NCBI GenBank assembly: GCA_965116805.1
Contig: OZ220713.1
Coordinates: 2,041,853 to 2,105,852 of the forward strand
Direction: 5' to 3'
DNA: 64,000 nucleotides
DNA from: Vicinamibacteria bacterium
Lineage (GTDB): Bacteria; Acidobacteriota; Vicinamibacteria; Marinacidobacterales; Marinacidobacteraceae
The notes under the pieces were generated by a model, which searched no databases, had not been told where the DNA came from, and saw nothing but the letters and a program-made list of their open reading frames with translations. Numbering within the stretch: the stretch's first letter is position 1; each line of letters starts with the position of its first letter. Below, one piece after another: positions 17,437 to 27,723 of this stretch. A program made the translations under genes and the position numbers.

Positions 17437-17687
17437 ATGCCTAGTTCTCGCTTCACCTCGGCCGAGGTGTGAGTCCGTCCGGCCATGCGATCCGCGCGGG
17501 CCTCTTCAATCGCTCGCAGCGCCTCACCGCTCAACTCGTCCTCATCGAGTGGCAGCGTCGCCACCGGCCTGCGTCCGAGACGGGGTTGCCTAGCCAAGGA
17601 TTCAAGCACCCTCGTGGCGAGGGGGGTCTGCGTATCCGGGAGTCGATCCACCAAGTCGTGGAGCCTGGCCCTGGCTGCCCCTTTCAT
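17433..17687 (-). CDS. Type II antitoxin (RelB/ParD-like or addiction-module component) paired with the RelE/ParE toxin
   Basis: 84 aa, ...LPLDEDELSGEALRAIEEARADRMAGRTHTSAEVKRELGI*, acidic C-terminal region typical of antitoxins. Its stop overlaps the toxin's first codons. Confidence 0.6.
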   Translation of the reverse strand: MKGAARARLHDLVDRLPDTQTPLATRVLESLARQPRLGRRPVATLPLDEDELSGEALRAIEEARADRMAGRTHTSAEVKRELGI

Positions 17688-17800
17688 GAGCCGAATCTAG
17701 CACATGGATCACGGCTGAACCCGATGGTCCGGCACGGAAGAGAGGGCCCGGTGCTTCCACGATGGGCCGCCTGGGTTGAGACCGGTCTGCCTGACGGCGA

Positions 17801-18619
17801 TCACGTCCCCCCACGCGAAGCCCAGGGCTCCGGCGCCCACAGTCTCCAGCGAGTGATGAGCCGGGGGCACTCCAGCGCCGCATCCAGCTGTGTATTCCCA
17901 GCGGTGAGGCGCTGGCGGCAGGATTCCAACAGTTCCGGGCCTGACGGATCGCGTTCGGCGAGAAAGCCCAGCCGCTTGAAGACCGCACCGTTGCCGAGCC
18001 GGACGGCGTAGCGGATCAGGAGGTCGTCGTCGCGGCGGTCCGACTTGAGGTAGACCGACAGACAGTCGGCCACGTGCTGGATTCCGCCTCCGAGTTCCGG
18101 ATCGGCGAGCATGTCCAGGATGGTCCGGTGCATGTCCGCCACCGCGACCCGGGTTCTGCCACGCCAGACGCTGGCGGTCCCGAAGATCTTTCCCGGGCGG
18201 ACGTGGGTGACGCTGAACTCGGCGCCGTGGCAACGCCGGCTCTTCTGCCGCACGGTCTGCGCCGTCATGACCACGATGTCACGGAAGATCTGTTCGGTCA
18301 GATCCCAGTGCTCGGCGGCCGTGCGGCCACCGATGTAGGCCGGATCAAAGAGCGGCGGCACCAGGATCCACGGATCGTCCAGCACACGGATGCTGCCGAG
18401 CGTGGTGAGTGAGGCAGGGAGGTAGACGCCGCGGGCTGCGCGCCGCAGCCATGCCTGTTTCACCCAGCGCGAGAGCAACTTCGCAGCCTCGGCGCGCGAC
18501 ACCTCGAGGGCGTTCACGACATCCTCTATCCGCACGACGTCCCCGGCTTCGTTGAGGACGGCGCTGAGGCGACGGCGCGATTCCGGAACGACGGGATCCG
18601 ATGTGGTGGTGGTTCTCAT
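17801..18619 (-). CDS. AbiEi-like (COG5340) antitoxin/transcriptional-regulator domain protein
   Basis: N-terminal wHTH ...DVVRIEDVVNALEVSRAEAAKLLSRWVKQAWLRRAARGVYLP.. followed by AbiEi_4-like ...FDPAYIGGRTAAEHWDLTEQIF....VTHVRPGKIFG.... No cognate AbiEii nucleotidyltransferase downstream. Confidence 0.6.
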   Translation of the reverse strand: MRTTTTSDPVVPESRRRLSAVLNEAGDVVRIEDVVNALEVSRAEAAKLLSRWVKQAWLRRAARGVYLPASLTTLGSIRVLDDPWILVPPLFDPAYIGGRTAAEHWDLTEQIFRDIVVMTAQTVRQKSRRCHGAEFSVTHVRPGKIFGTASVWRGRTRVAVADMHRTILDMLADPELGGGIQHVADCLSVYLKSDRRDDDLLIRYAVRLGNGAVFKRLGFLAERDPSGPELLESCRQRLTAGNTQLDAALECPRLITRWRLWAPEPWASRGGT

Positions 18620-19172
18620 GGTCGGCGAATCACGGAGGCTACGTCCTGGCGTGGCGGTGGCGTCTGCGTCTACTCGTGACTTCAGTTGTCCGGAACTACA
18701 TTACATTGTCATTTGATCGCACTAGTCGGGAAATTCAGACATCTCCATATATCCCAAGTCAATCCTGTCCAACTCGACACACCGTTGATCTCTCCCGCAA
18801 TCCGACCGGTCACCGCGACCCGGTCATTCCCGGATCAAACGCAAAACCTGTGGTTGGTCAGCGGTTTGTGGGGTTGTGTGCTCTCTCTAATATCGCTTTC
18901 CAGTCAAATAGATAAACCACGTTTTAACAATGACTTAGCGTGCTTTGTGCTCCAGGCGAGCGTTTCCGGTCAAGTAAACGCGGGTCGTCGGCTCGGAGTT
19001 CGGACGGGAGCAGCCGGCACCCGGCGGCCGCACCGCCGCCGGATCTGGAGCGCGAGCTCGCTCAGGCCGAGACTCAGTGCGATTCGGACTGATTCACTTC
19101 AGGACTGGAGGGCGGCAAGAGTCGCCACCAGGACGAATCCGGCAGGAACCCCCTGAAACAATACGCCGCCGC

Positions 19173-21992
19173 ATGCGCCTCTCCTGGAACGAGATCCGCG
19201 CCCGCGCCGGGTCCTTCGCCCGCAAGTGGGCGGACGCCGGATACGAGAAAGGCGAGACCCAGAGCTTCTACAACGACTTCTTCCGCATCTTCGGGGTGCG
19301 CCGGGAGTCGGTGGCCCGCTACGAGGAGCGGGTGGAGAAGCTCGACGACACCAGCGGGTTCATCGACCTCTTCTGGCCGGGAGTCCTGATCGTCGAACAG
19401 AAGAGCGCCGGGCGCAACCTGTCCGCTGCATACGAGCAGGCGGGAGGCTACTTCGACGCGCTGACGGAGACCGAGCGGCCTCGCTACATCCTGGTCAGCG
19501 ACTTCCAGCACTTCGAACTCCACGACCTGCTCCAGCGGGACGAGGTGTCCTTCCGGCTCGACCAGTTGCCGGAACACGTCGAGAAGTTCGGCTTCATCCT
19601 GGGTGTCGCCAGCCGCACCTTCCGGGACCAGGACCCGGCGAACATCGAGGCCGCCGAACTGGTCGGGAAGCTCCACGATTCGCTCCGGGACGCCGGCTAT
19701 CCGGCCCACGACCTCGAACGCTTCCTCGTCCGGATCGTCTTCTGCCTGTTCGCCGACGACACCGGAGTCTTCGAGCCCCGGGACATCCTGCTCGACTTCC
19801 TGGAGACGCGGACCCGCGAGGACGGTACGGACCTCGGACCACTGCTCGCCCAACTCTTCCAGGTGCTGGACACCCCCGAAGACCAGCGAATCGCAACTCT
19901 GGACGAGGATCTGGCCCGCTTTCCGTACATCGACGGCGAACTCTTCGCCGCCACCATCCGGATTCCAGCGTTCACCGCGGAGATGCGGGAGCACCTGCTG
20001 ACCGCCTGCCGGTTCAACTGGTCAACGATCTCCCCGGCGATCTTCGGGTCGCTTTTCCAGTCGGTGATGGACCCGGTGGAGCGTCGGGCGCAGGGGGCGC
20101 ACTACACCACCGAGCAGAACATCCTCAAGGTCATCGAGCCGCTCTTCCTCGACGATCTGTGGGAGGAGTTCACCCGGATCAGAGCCCTCCGCCGCGATCG
20201 GCTTCGGCGGCTGCGCGAGTTCCAGGAGAAGCTCGGCAGGCTCACTTTCTTCGATCCGGCGTGCGGCTGCGGCAACTTCCTGGTGATCGCGTATCGCGAG
20301 CTTCGGCGGCTGGAAGTCGAAGTACTCCGCGAGCTCCTGGGGAGGGAGGAACAGCAGGTCCTCCAGTTTGACGTGAGTTCGCTCTCCCGGCTCGACGTAG
20401 ACCAGTTCTACGGGATCGAGATCGGGGAGTTCCCGGCCCGGATCGCCGAGGTGGCTCTCTGGATGATGGACCACCTGATGAACAACGAGCTCAGCCTTGA
20501 GTTCGGTCAGTCCTACGCCCGCATCCCCCTGAAGCGCTCGCCGCACATCCACTGCGGGGATGCGCTGGAGATGGACTGGGAGGATCTGCTGCCGGCGAAG
20601 GAGTGTTCGTTCGTCTTCGGGAATCCCCCGTTCGGAGGCGCCAAGTTCCAGTCACCGGCGCAGCGGGCGCAGGTCCGGCGGATCGCCGCGCTCGGGGGCT
20701 CCGGCGGCACACTCGACTACGTGACCGCGTGGTTCATCACAGCGGGTGGATATATCCAGAAGAGCGGCCCGCCGGGCGAGCGGGCAAGGATCGGCTTCGT
20801 GGCGACGAACTCGATCACCCAGGGGGAGCAGGTGGCGCAGCTCTGGCCGATCCTGTTCGGCCGGTGCGGGCTTGAGATTGCCTTTGCCCACCGGACGTTC
20901 GCGTGGGGTTCGGACGCGCGGGGCATGGCGCATGTACACGTCGTCATCGTCGGGTTTGACGACCGGGCGGGGATTCCGGCGACGCGGCGGCTGTTTTCGT
21001 ACGACGACGTGAAGGGGAATCCGCATGAGAGTGGCCACGCGGTCTTGTCACCGTATCTGTTCGATGGCGGGGGACTGGCCGATCCGCATCTCGTGGTGCG
21101 GGAGGAGAGCCGGCCGATCAACGGGATGTCACAGTTGGTGACGGGCACCCAGCCGCTGGAAGACGGTCATCTCACTTTCTCGACCGAAGAGAGAGCGGTC
21201 TTTCTGTCTCGAGAGCCGGCCGCCGCGTCAATTCTCCGTCCGTTCCCGGGAGCACGTGAGTTCATTCGGCGTCAGACTCGGTGGATCCTTCACACCGGCA
21301 ACCTTGAGCCACAGGAACTCCGTGCTTTACCGCTCGTGCGCGAGCGACTGAGATTGGTGCGCGAGTTCCGCTCGAAGAGCAAGCGCACTACGACGCGGAA
21401 ACTGGCGGACTACCCGAGCATGTACGGTGTCACCGTGGTTCCGAACTCACCGTTCCTCGTGGTGCCTCAGGTGAGTTCAGAGCGGCGCGAATACGTGCCA
21501 ATCGGTTGGTTGGAACCTCCGACAATCCCGAGCGAAAAGCTGCGACTCCTTCTCGATGCGTCTCTTGCCGACTTCGCTCTCCTGACATCAGCAATGCATA
21601 TGGCATGGATGCGCGCGGTCACGGGCCGATTGGAGAGCCGTTACATGTATTCTGTGGGAGTGGTCTACAACACCTTCCCGCTACCTCCGAAGGACGCGGA
21701 TCTGGGTCCCCTCGACCCGCTCGCCCAAGCTGTCCTCGATGCCCGCGCCGCTCATCCCAACGCCACTCTCGCGGATCTCTACGACCCGGACCTCATGCCG
21801 GTGGACCTCCGCCGTGCCCACGAGGCACTCGACCGCGCCGTGGACCGTCTCTACCGGCCCCGCAAGTTTGCCTCCGAGCGGGAACGCGTCGAGCACCTCT
21901 TCACGCTCTACGAGCGGATGCGCACGCCGCTGGCCGCCACCACCACGAAGAAGCGCAAACGCCGTCGGACTAGCCGCCTATCCGCCATTTGA
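19173..21992 (+). CDS. MmeI-family type IIL (IIG) restriction-modification enzyme: single-chain endonuclease + N6-adenine methyltransferase + TRD (939 aa)
   Basis: MRLSWNEIRARAG... aligns by eye along its length with MmeI as I remember it (not database-checked). PD-ExK nuclease IDLFWPGVLIVEQKS; MTase motif I FFDPACGCGNFLVIAYRELRRLEVEVLRELL; motif IV FVFGNPPFGG; downstream ...ATNSITQGEQVAQLWP... and ...SERREYVPIGW.... The first Met of the track ORF (19077) is rejected in favour of Met33 (19173). Confidence 0.85.
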   Translation: MRLSWNEIRARAGSFARKWADAGYEKGETQSFYNDFFRIFGVRRESVARYEERVEKLDDTSGFIDLFWPGVLIVEQKSAGRNLSAAYEQAGGYFDALTETERPRYILVSDFQHFELHDLLQRDEVSFRLDQLPEHVEKFGFILGVASRTFRDQDPANIEAAELVGKLHDSLRDAGYPAHDLERFLVRIVFCLFADDTGVFEPRDILLDFLETRTREDGTDLGPLLAQLFQVLDTPEDQRIATLDEDLARFPYIDGELFAATIRIPAFTAEMREHLLTACRFNWSTISPAIFGSLFQSVMDPVERRAQGAHYTTEQNILKVIEPLFLDDLWEEFTRIRALRRDRLRRLREFQEKLGRLTFFDPACGCGNFLVIAYRELRRLEVEVLRELLGREEQQVLQFDVSSLSRLDVDQFYGIEIGEFPARIAEVALWMMDHLMNNELSLEFGQSYARIPLKRSPHIHCGDALEMDWEDLLPAKECSFVFGNPPFGGAKFQSPAQRAQVRRIAALGGSGGTLDYVTAWFITAGGYIQKSGPPGERARIGFVATNSITQGEQVAQLWPILFGRCGLEIAFAHRTFAWGSDARGMAHVHVVIVGFDDRAGIPATRRLFSYDDVKGNPHESGHAVLSPYLFDGGGLADPHLVVREESRPINGMSQLVTGTQPLEDGHLTFSTEERAVFLSREPAAASILRPFPGAREFIRRQTRWILHTGNLEPQELRALPLVRERLRLVREFRSKSKRTTTRKLADYPSMYGVTVVPNSPFLVVPQVSSERREYVPIGWLEPPTIPSEKLRLLLDASLADFALLTSAMHMAWMRAVTGRLESRYMYSVGVVYNTFPLPPKDADLGPLDPLAQAVLDARAAHPNATLADLYDPDLMPVDLRRAHEALDRAVDRLYRPRKFASERERVEHLFTLYERMRTPLAATTTKKRKRRRTSRLSAI

Positions 21993-22170
21993 GAACCTAG
22001 GTGGGTCGCAGCGGGCTCGCCCACCCGGACTTCCGTGTGGGTTGTCTCTGAGTGAAGGAGCGGCCGGCCTGTCTGGGGCTAAGGTTTTCCGGGACGAGCC
22101 CACAAGCCGGCATACTCAACGCCCCGGCGACACCTTGTGAATACGCCAGGAATGAGCGGGGAGACCTAGC

Positions 22171-23262
22171 GTGACGGACATCATTGAGCCGGCACAGAGT
22201 GAACTGATGGTGTACCGCCCCCTCTCGCAAATGGTGCAGCTGTTCGTGCTGCCAGAGATTGATAGACGCGTCGATTCCGGCGCGATCCCAGAAGTCGATC
22301 TGCCGCTGCAGCTGCTTCAGTTCAGGGTCGTCGAGCCCGGACCCAGGCATACCGTTGAACTCAATGACGAGGTTCAGCTCACGTTTCGTGTCAAGGCGAA
22401 GAAGGCCGTCAAAGCCGGGGAGCCCGTCCACCTCGACGAGATTGACGCTGCCTCCACCGTGCTACTGCCGCCCATCGTGGATGGGACGCCTAGGTCGTTC
22501 TTTCTCCTCCTATCGGCGTTCCTAAACCTGCAGACGGCGTTTGACTTTACCCAGGGCGGACCTGGTCCCATCGGACCACCAATGCTGTTTCCGGCTGCCC
22601 AGTTGGTCCAGATGCAGCGATTTCTTGAGACGGTACAGCCAGTGGAGAAGTTCAGGGAGTTGGCACGGCTCAACTGGCCACCGGCACCGGGGTACTTCCC
22701 TAGTGTCATCGCGCATGCGCATGAGAATCCCGACGATCTGAAGAGGCCGCAGTTCGCGGCCAAGGTTGCAGATACGTACGATGCGGACTTCTGGCAGCAA
22801 CAGCTGGATCTCTGGGGGCAGACCAAACTCTTTCCAGGCCGGTCGCAGTACATCCGTAAAGCCGTCGACGAGTATTGCGAAGACGACTGGATAAGCTCCA
22901 TTTGCGTCATCGTCCCTCAGTTTGAGGGCATCATCTCGGACTACCTACGGACTGTCGGTGAGGAGCCGAAATCCAGGTTCAAAGAAATGGTGTCTCAGCT
23001 CCGGACGCTTGTGTTTTCGCGGAAAGTATTGCTATTCCCGTCGCCTGTCCTTGAGTTGATTCTCGGATTCCTCGAAACGGGAACATTCTGGCAGAACGCG
23101 GATAGCATCGACGATCCGAAACAACAGATCAACCGGCATGGAATTGTCCACGGAGTATTCACCGGTTTTGAGACAAGGGACGTAGCTCTAAAGTACCTGG
23201 TACTCGTCGATGCGCTCGCGCTGCTGATTTTGCACGACAGGATTGTGACCGGCACTCTCTAG
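22171..23262 (+). CDS. Hypothetical protein (363 aa), low-GC, no recognisable family. C-terminal R-x4-H (RHGIVH) could be a HEPN-like motif.
   Basis: GTG start with RBS. Clean 1.09 kb ORF in a roughly 52% GC segment. Convergent with the 4-TM gene. Confidence 0.7.
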   Translation: MTDIIEPAQSELMVYRPLSQMVQLFVLPEIDRRVDSGAIPEVDLPLQLLQFRVVEPGPRHTVELNDEVQLTFRVKAKKAVKAGEPVHLDEIDAASTVLLPPIVDGTPRSFFLLLSAFLNLQTAFDFTQGGPGPIGPPMLFPAAQLVQMQRFLETVQPVEKFRELARLNWPPAPGYFPSVIAHAHENPDDLKRPQFAAKVADTYDADFWQQQLDLWGQTKLFPGRSQYIRKAVDEYCEDDWISSICVIVPQFEGIISDYLRTVGEEPKSRFKEMVSQLRTLVFSRKVLLFPSPVLELILGFLETGTFWQNADSIDDPKQQINRHGIVHGVFTGFETRDVALKYLVLVDALALLILHDRIVTGTL

Positions 23263-23327
23263 CCGCATGGCTCCAGAGACCGAAGTCGGTCGCAGTCCGC
23301 CATGTGCAAGAGCGTTGGTGCACGTCG

Positions 23328-24194
23328 TCAGTCGCGATCTTCCGTCCTCGATAGCGTGTCATTCCAAACGCGCTGCAACGGTTCCTCGTAATAGCGCTTA
23401 AGGCTGTCCGGGATAAGTGGTCCTTCCTTACGTGCCCACTGATAGCCTGAGACGGCAAGAATCACGTCAAGATTGGACACACTGCCGACTCGATCCAGGA
23501 GCTCTGTGAGCCTCTTCATTGATTCCTCCGCCGCCACGCTCAACCGATGGTACTTCGTCCCTAGATTCACAGCGTCCAGAAGGACAAGTAGAGAAATGGC
23601 CAAGCCATAACTGCGCCGGAGGATTCCTGAGGCACCCATAGTTGCTCGCTCGTCCTGTACTTCCAGTCCCCCTAGCGTTATAGCTGAGACGGAAACCACT
23701 AGCGCGGCCCCCGTCACGATGAAGACAATCAGCGATGCCTTCTTGGCTAGCTGCTCGGTCCACCAGGCGGACTCGCGTTCCATTCTGATGAGCAGAGAAT
23801 GTGAGGGCTCGCCCGACGCTTCATAGTAATCGTCGTAGCTCACAGAGGGACCTTGTCTCGGCAACCTGTTGACATACTTCAACTTCACTCTGGCCAACTT
23901 CGCCGCGTCAATCTTGTACCCGATGCCACGGCTTAGTTCGATAGCCCGAATGGTCCATTCCGCGTCTTCCCGATAGTTTTCTGACCTCCAAACACAGATC
24001 CGCCCGGAGATCGCAAACACGACCGCACCCAGCGGTCCGACCCACCCTTGCCATCCAATCGACCATGCGATCGGAACGGCCACAATAGCCAGATAGCCAA
24101 GACTGACGCCGAAACCCCACAACAGCTTTGCCCGAGAGGACACCCAGGTCCGGAGGTGGTGAAGTTGCTTCAAATCTGGCTCACCAATGCTCAT
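23328..24194 (-). CDS. Four-TM membrane protein (288 aa), candidate membrane-disrupting effector (SLATT/4TM-like)
   Basis: TM pairs LLWGFGVSLGYLAIVAVPIAW / WVGPLGAVVFAISGRICVW and ASLIVFIVTGAALVVSVSAITLGG / LAISLLVLLDAVNLG separated by soluble segments. Low GC. Downstream of the nucleotidyltransferase on the same strand. Confidence 0.7.
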   Translation of the reverse strand: MSIGEPDLKQLHHLRTWVSSRAKLLWGFGVSLGYLAIVAVPIAWSIGWQGWVGPLGAVVFAISGRICVWRSENYREDAEWTIRAIELSRGIGYKIDAAKLARVKLKYVNRLPRQGPSVSYDDYYEASGEPSHSLLIRMERESAWWTEQLAKKASLIVFIVTGAALVVSVSAITLGGLEVQDERATMGASGILRRSYGLAISLLVLLDAVNLGTKYHRLSVAAEESMKRLTELLDRVGSVSNLDVILAVSGYQWARKEGPLIPDSLKRYYEEPLQRVWNDTLSRTEDRD

Positions 24195-24423
24195 GTCAGT
24201 CTAAGTTCGAGGTGTAAAGAAAGGCTGTCGCGCAAATCGTGTCCACTTCAAGCGAGCATGCTCAGAGACCCGGCAATCCTACGACCCGCTATGTTCTCAG
24301 GAACTCCTCGATACGCAAGCGATGCTGGAGAGCAACGGGCCCACGATGCTTCTAGACGGCGTGGTTGCCGACCTCCAGCCGTTGCCCACAGGCTGCTCCA
24401 CTCGCCAGTCACGACACAGCAAT

Positions 24424-24453
24424 CGCGAGGAGTACCCGCGCGAGGAGTACCCG
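24424..24453. repeat. Perfect tandem duplication of a 15-bp unit CGCGAGGAGTACCCG x2 in the spacer between the nucleotidyltransferase and 4-TM genes
   Basis: ...aatCGCGAGGAGTACCCGCGCGAGGAGTACCCGgtgatg... read directly. Confidence 0.9.
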
Positions 24454-24495
24454 GTGATGACTAAATGGTCCGAGAGCCCTCGCCGCCCACCGCGC

Positions 24496-25368
24496 TTATT
24501 TGTAATAGCTCGGGAACTGCCCATCGAACAGTAAGTTCCACCAATAAAAGGCGTCCTTGATTTCCCCGCTGCTCTCCGCCGCCCTCGCCTTCGCGGCCCG
24601 TGAGGCTGCGGTTGCCAGCTTGCTCTTCGCCTCCTTCAGCTGTGCCTCCGTCCTGGATGGTGAGATGTACCCCGATACACCCATGGGATCTTGGATCTTG
24701 GCCAGTCCGATCCGTTGGAGCTCACGGAACACGCGCTCTACGTCAATCGCATACACGATCGACGACTCTCCGGACGCGTACTTGGCCACGCGGAGCTCCA
24801 GATAGAACGACAAGACCGGCACATCGCGGAAACACTTCCAGGCCTTGATGAATCTCACGAGCGGCTTCACCTTGTTCGACAGCGATTGGTCAATGCCCCG
24901 GACGTAACTGTTATGTGCGTCCGGACTCGACTTCATCCAACCCCCATCGCAATCCGGGATCTCGTACACGCGATGGTCACCACTCTTCCCGACGTAATCC
25001 GCCGGCGTCACCTCCGTCGTCTCCTTCTTGTCGGTGCCGAACGGCACAACCACTGCGGGACAGGCCGACCGCACACCCGTGTCGGGGAATCTTTCGGCCA
25101 GTGCGTCGCGTAGCTCCGTTAGCGAAGTCGTCGAGTTCCGCTTTAGCTTGTCCGTTGGGATACTCGCCATGTAGTCAACGTCGCTGTACCCAGAGATCGA
25201 CGTGCCGTTGCCGAACGATCCCGTACGCCAGAAGCGTTTGAGTCCAAATTTGGAGCGGATGCACTGTTCAATCGACTTGCGGTGCCTCGTGGCGGCGGCC
25301 GTTTCGCCACTCGACGGAGTGAGCTTGGTCAGAAAATCTCGGAATCCCTCATCAACTGTCCTAGGCAT
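24496..25368 (-). CDS. cGAS/DncV-like (CD-NTase / SMODS-type) nucleotidyltransferase, 290 aa
   Basis: Pol-beta NTase motif WRTGSFGNGTSISGYSDVDYM (GS...[DE]h[DE]h); third acidic strand VYEIPDCD; followed by the OAS/cGAS-type helix ...LVRFIKAWKCF.... Low GC. Confidence 0.65.
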   Translation of the reverse strand: MPRTVDEGFRDFLTKLTPSSGETAAATRHRKSIEQCIRSKFGLKRFWRTGSFGNGTSISGYSDVDYMASIPTDKLKRNSTTSLTELRDALAERFPDTGVRSACPAVVVPFGTDKKETTEVTPADYVGKSGDHRVYEIPDCDGGWMKSSPDAHNSYVRGIDQSLSNKVKPLVRFIKAWKCFRDVPVLSFYLELRVAKYASGESSIVYAIDVERVFRELQRIGLAKIQDPMGVSGYISPSRTEAQLKEAKSKLATAASRAAKARAAESSGEIKDAFYWWNLLFDGQFPSYYK

Positions 25369-25533
25369 TACATTCTCCCGTGAAGTTCAACGGTCTCGCG
25401 ACGCAAGGCCGGGCCGCAGCTAGTGTTCCCCTTCAGGCCTCGCATCCAAGAGTCGACCTCCAGGGAAGAACGCCTAAGTACGCCCTTTCGCCGTTCGAGG
25501 GCGTCGTAAGGGCTCTGCATCAAGTCGCAATCG

Positions 25534-25562
25534 GAGCGATAGCGGATTTCGCTATCGCTCCG
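25534..25562 (-). terminator. Perfect 12-bp stem hairpin (GGAGCGATAGCG-GATTT-CGCTATCGCTCC) 45 bp downstream of groEL; probable operon terminator (no U-tract)
   Basis: Inverted repeat read directly. It sits between the groEL 3' end and the nucleotidyltransferase start. Confidence 0.4.
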
Positions 25563-25606
25563 CGCCAAAACGAATGATCTGAGGCGTAGCCGGTGGTTAC
25601 CTTGGA

Positions 25607-27268
<1,662 letters not shown>

Positions 27269-27282
27269 TCAGTGGGGGCCGT

Positions 27283-27570
27283 CTACTCGACGATGCCCAG
27301 AATCTCGTCCTCGCGGACGATGATGAAGTCCTCGCCGTCGAGCTTGACCTCGGATCCGGAGTACTTTCCGATCAGCACGGTCTGCCCGGGCTTGACCTCG
27401 GGAGCCTGACGGCCGCCGTCCTTCAGGACCTTGCCGGCGCCCACCTCGACCACTTCGGCGGTCATCGGTTTTTCCTTCGCGGTATCGGGAACGATGATGG
27501 AGCCGATCTTCTCCTCGGCCGCCTCGAGCCGGCGAAGCAGAACGTTCTCCCTCAGAGGCTTGAACTTCAT
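27283..27570 (-). CDS. groS: Co-chaperonin GroES (95 aa)
   Basis: MKFKPLRENVLLRRLEAAEEKIGSIIVPDTAKEKPMTAEVVEVGAGKVLKDG...; 35 bp upstream of groEL. The track ORF is trimmed to this Met. Confidence 0.95.
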   Translation of the reverse strand: MKFKPLRENVLLRRLEAAEEKIGSIIVPDTAKEKPMTAEVVEVGAGKVLKDGGRQAPEVKPGQTVLIGKYSGSEVKLDGEDFIIVREDEILGIVE

Positions 27571-27723
27571 CGGAATGGGTCTCCTCTTTCTGGATGGACG
27601 CCACACGGCGTCCATGACTGGGTTGCGATGCGTCCGGTCGGCCGGGCTTCGGGGCCTCGGGCCGTCCTCGCCGGTCCGCGCGGCGGGCCGGCGGCGCCGG
27701 TCAAGGGCGCCGGACAGCGGGAA

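Noticed and set aside
17709-18233. Missing AbiEii toxin partner for the AbiEi-like gene among overlapping ORFs (17709..18233 -, 18074..18412 +)
   Set aside because: The overlapping ORFs are in alternative frames of the AbiEi gene with no nucleotidyltransferase motifs. The space downstream of AbiEi is occupied by the RelE/antitoxin pair.
21993-22170. Rho-independent terminator after the MmeI-like gene
   Set aside because: GGTGGG...CCCACC can pair, but the loop is 14 nt and no U-tract follows. Too weak to call.
24297-24534. Small ORFs (75 aa minus, 70 aa plus) in the NTase/4-TM-gene spacer
   Set aside because: No RBS and odd composition. They overlap each other and the 15-bp duplication. More likely a regulatory spacer.
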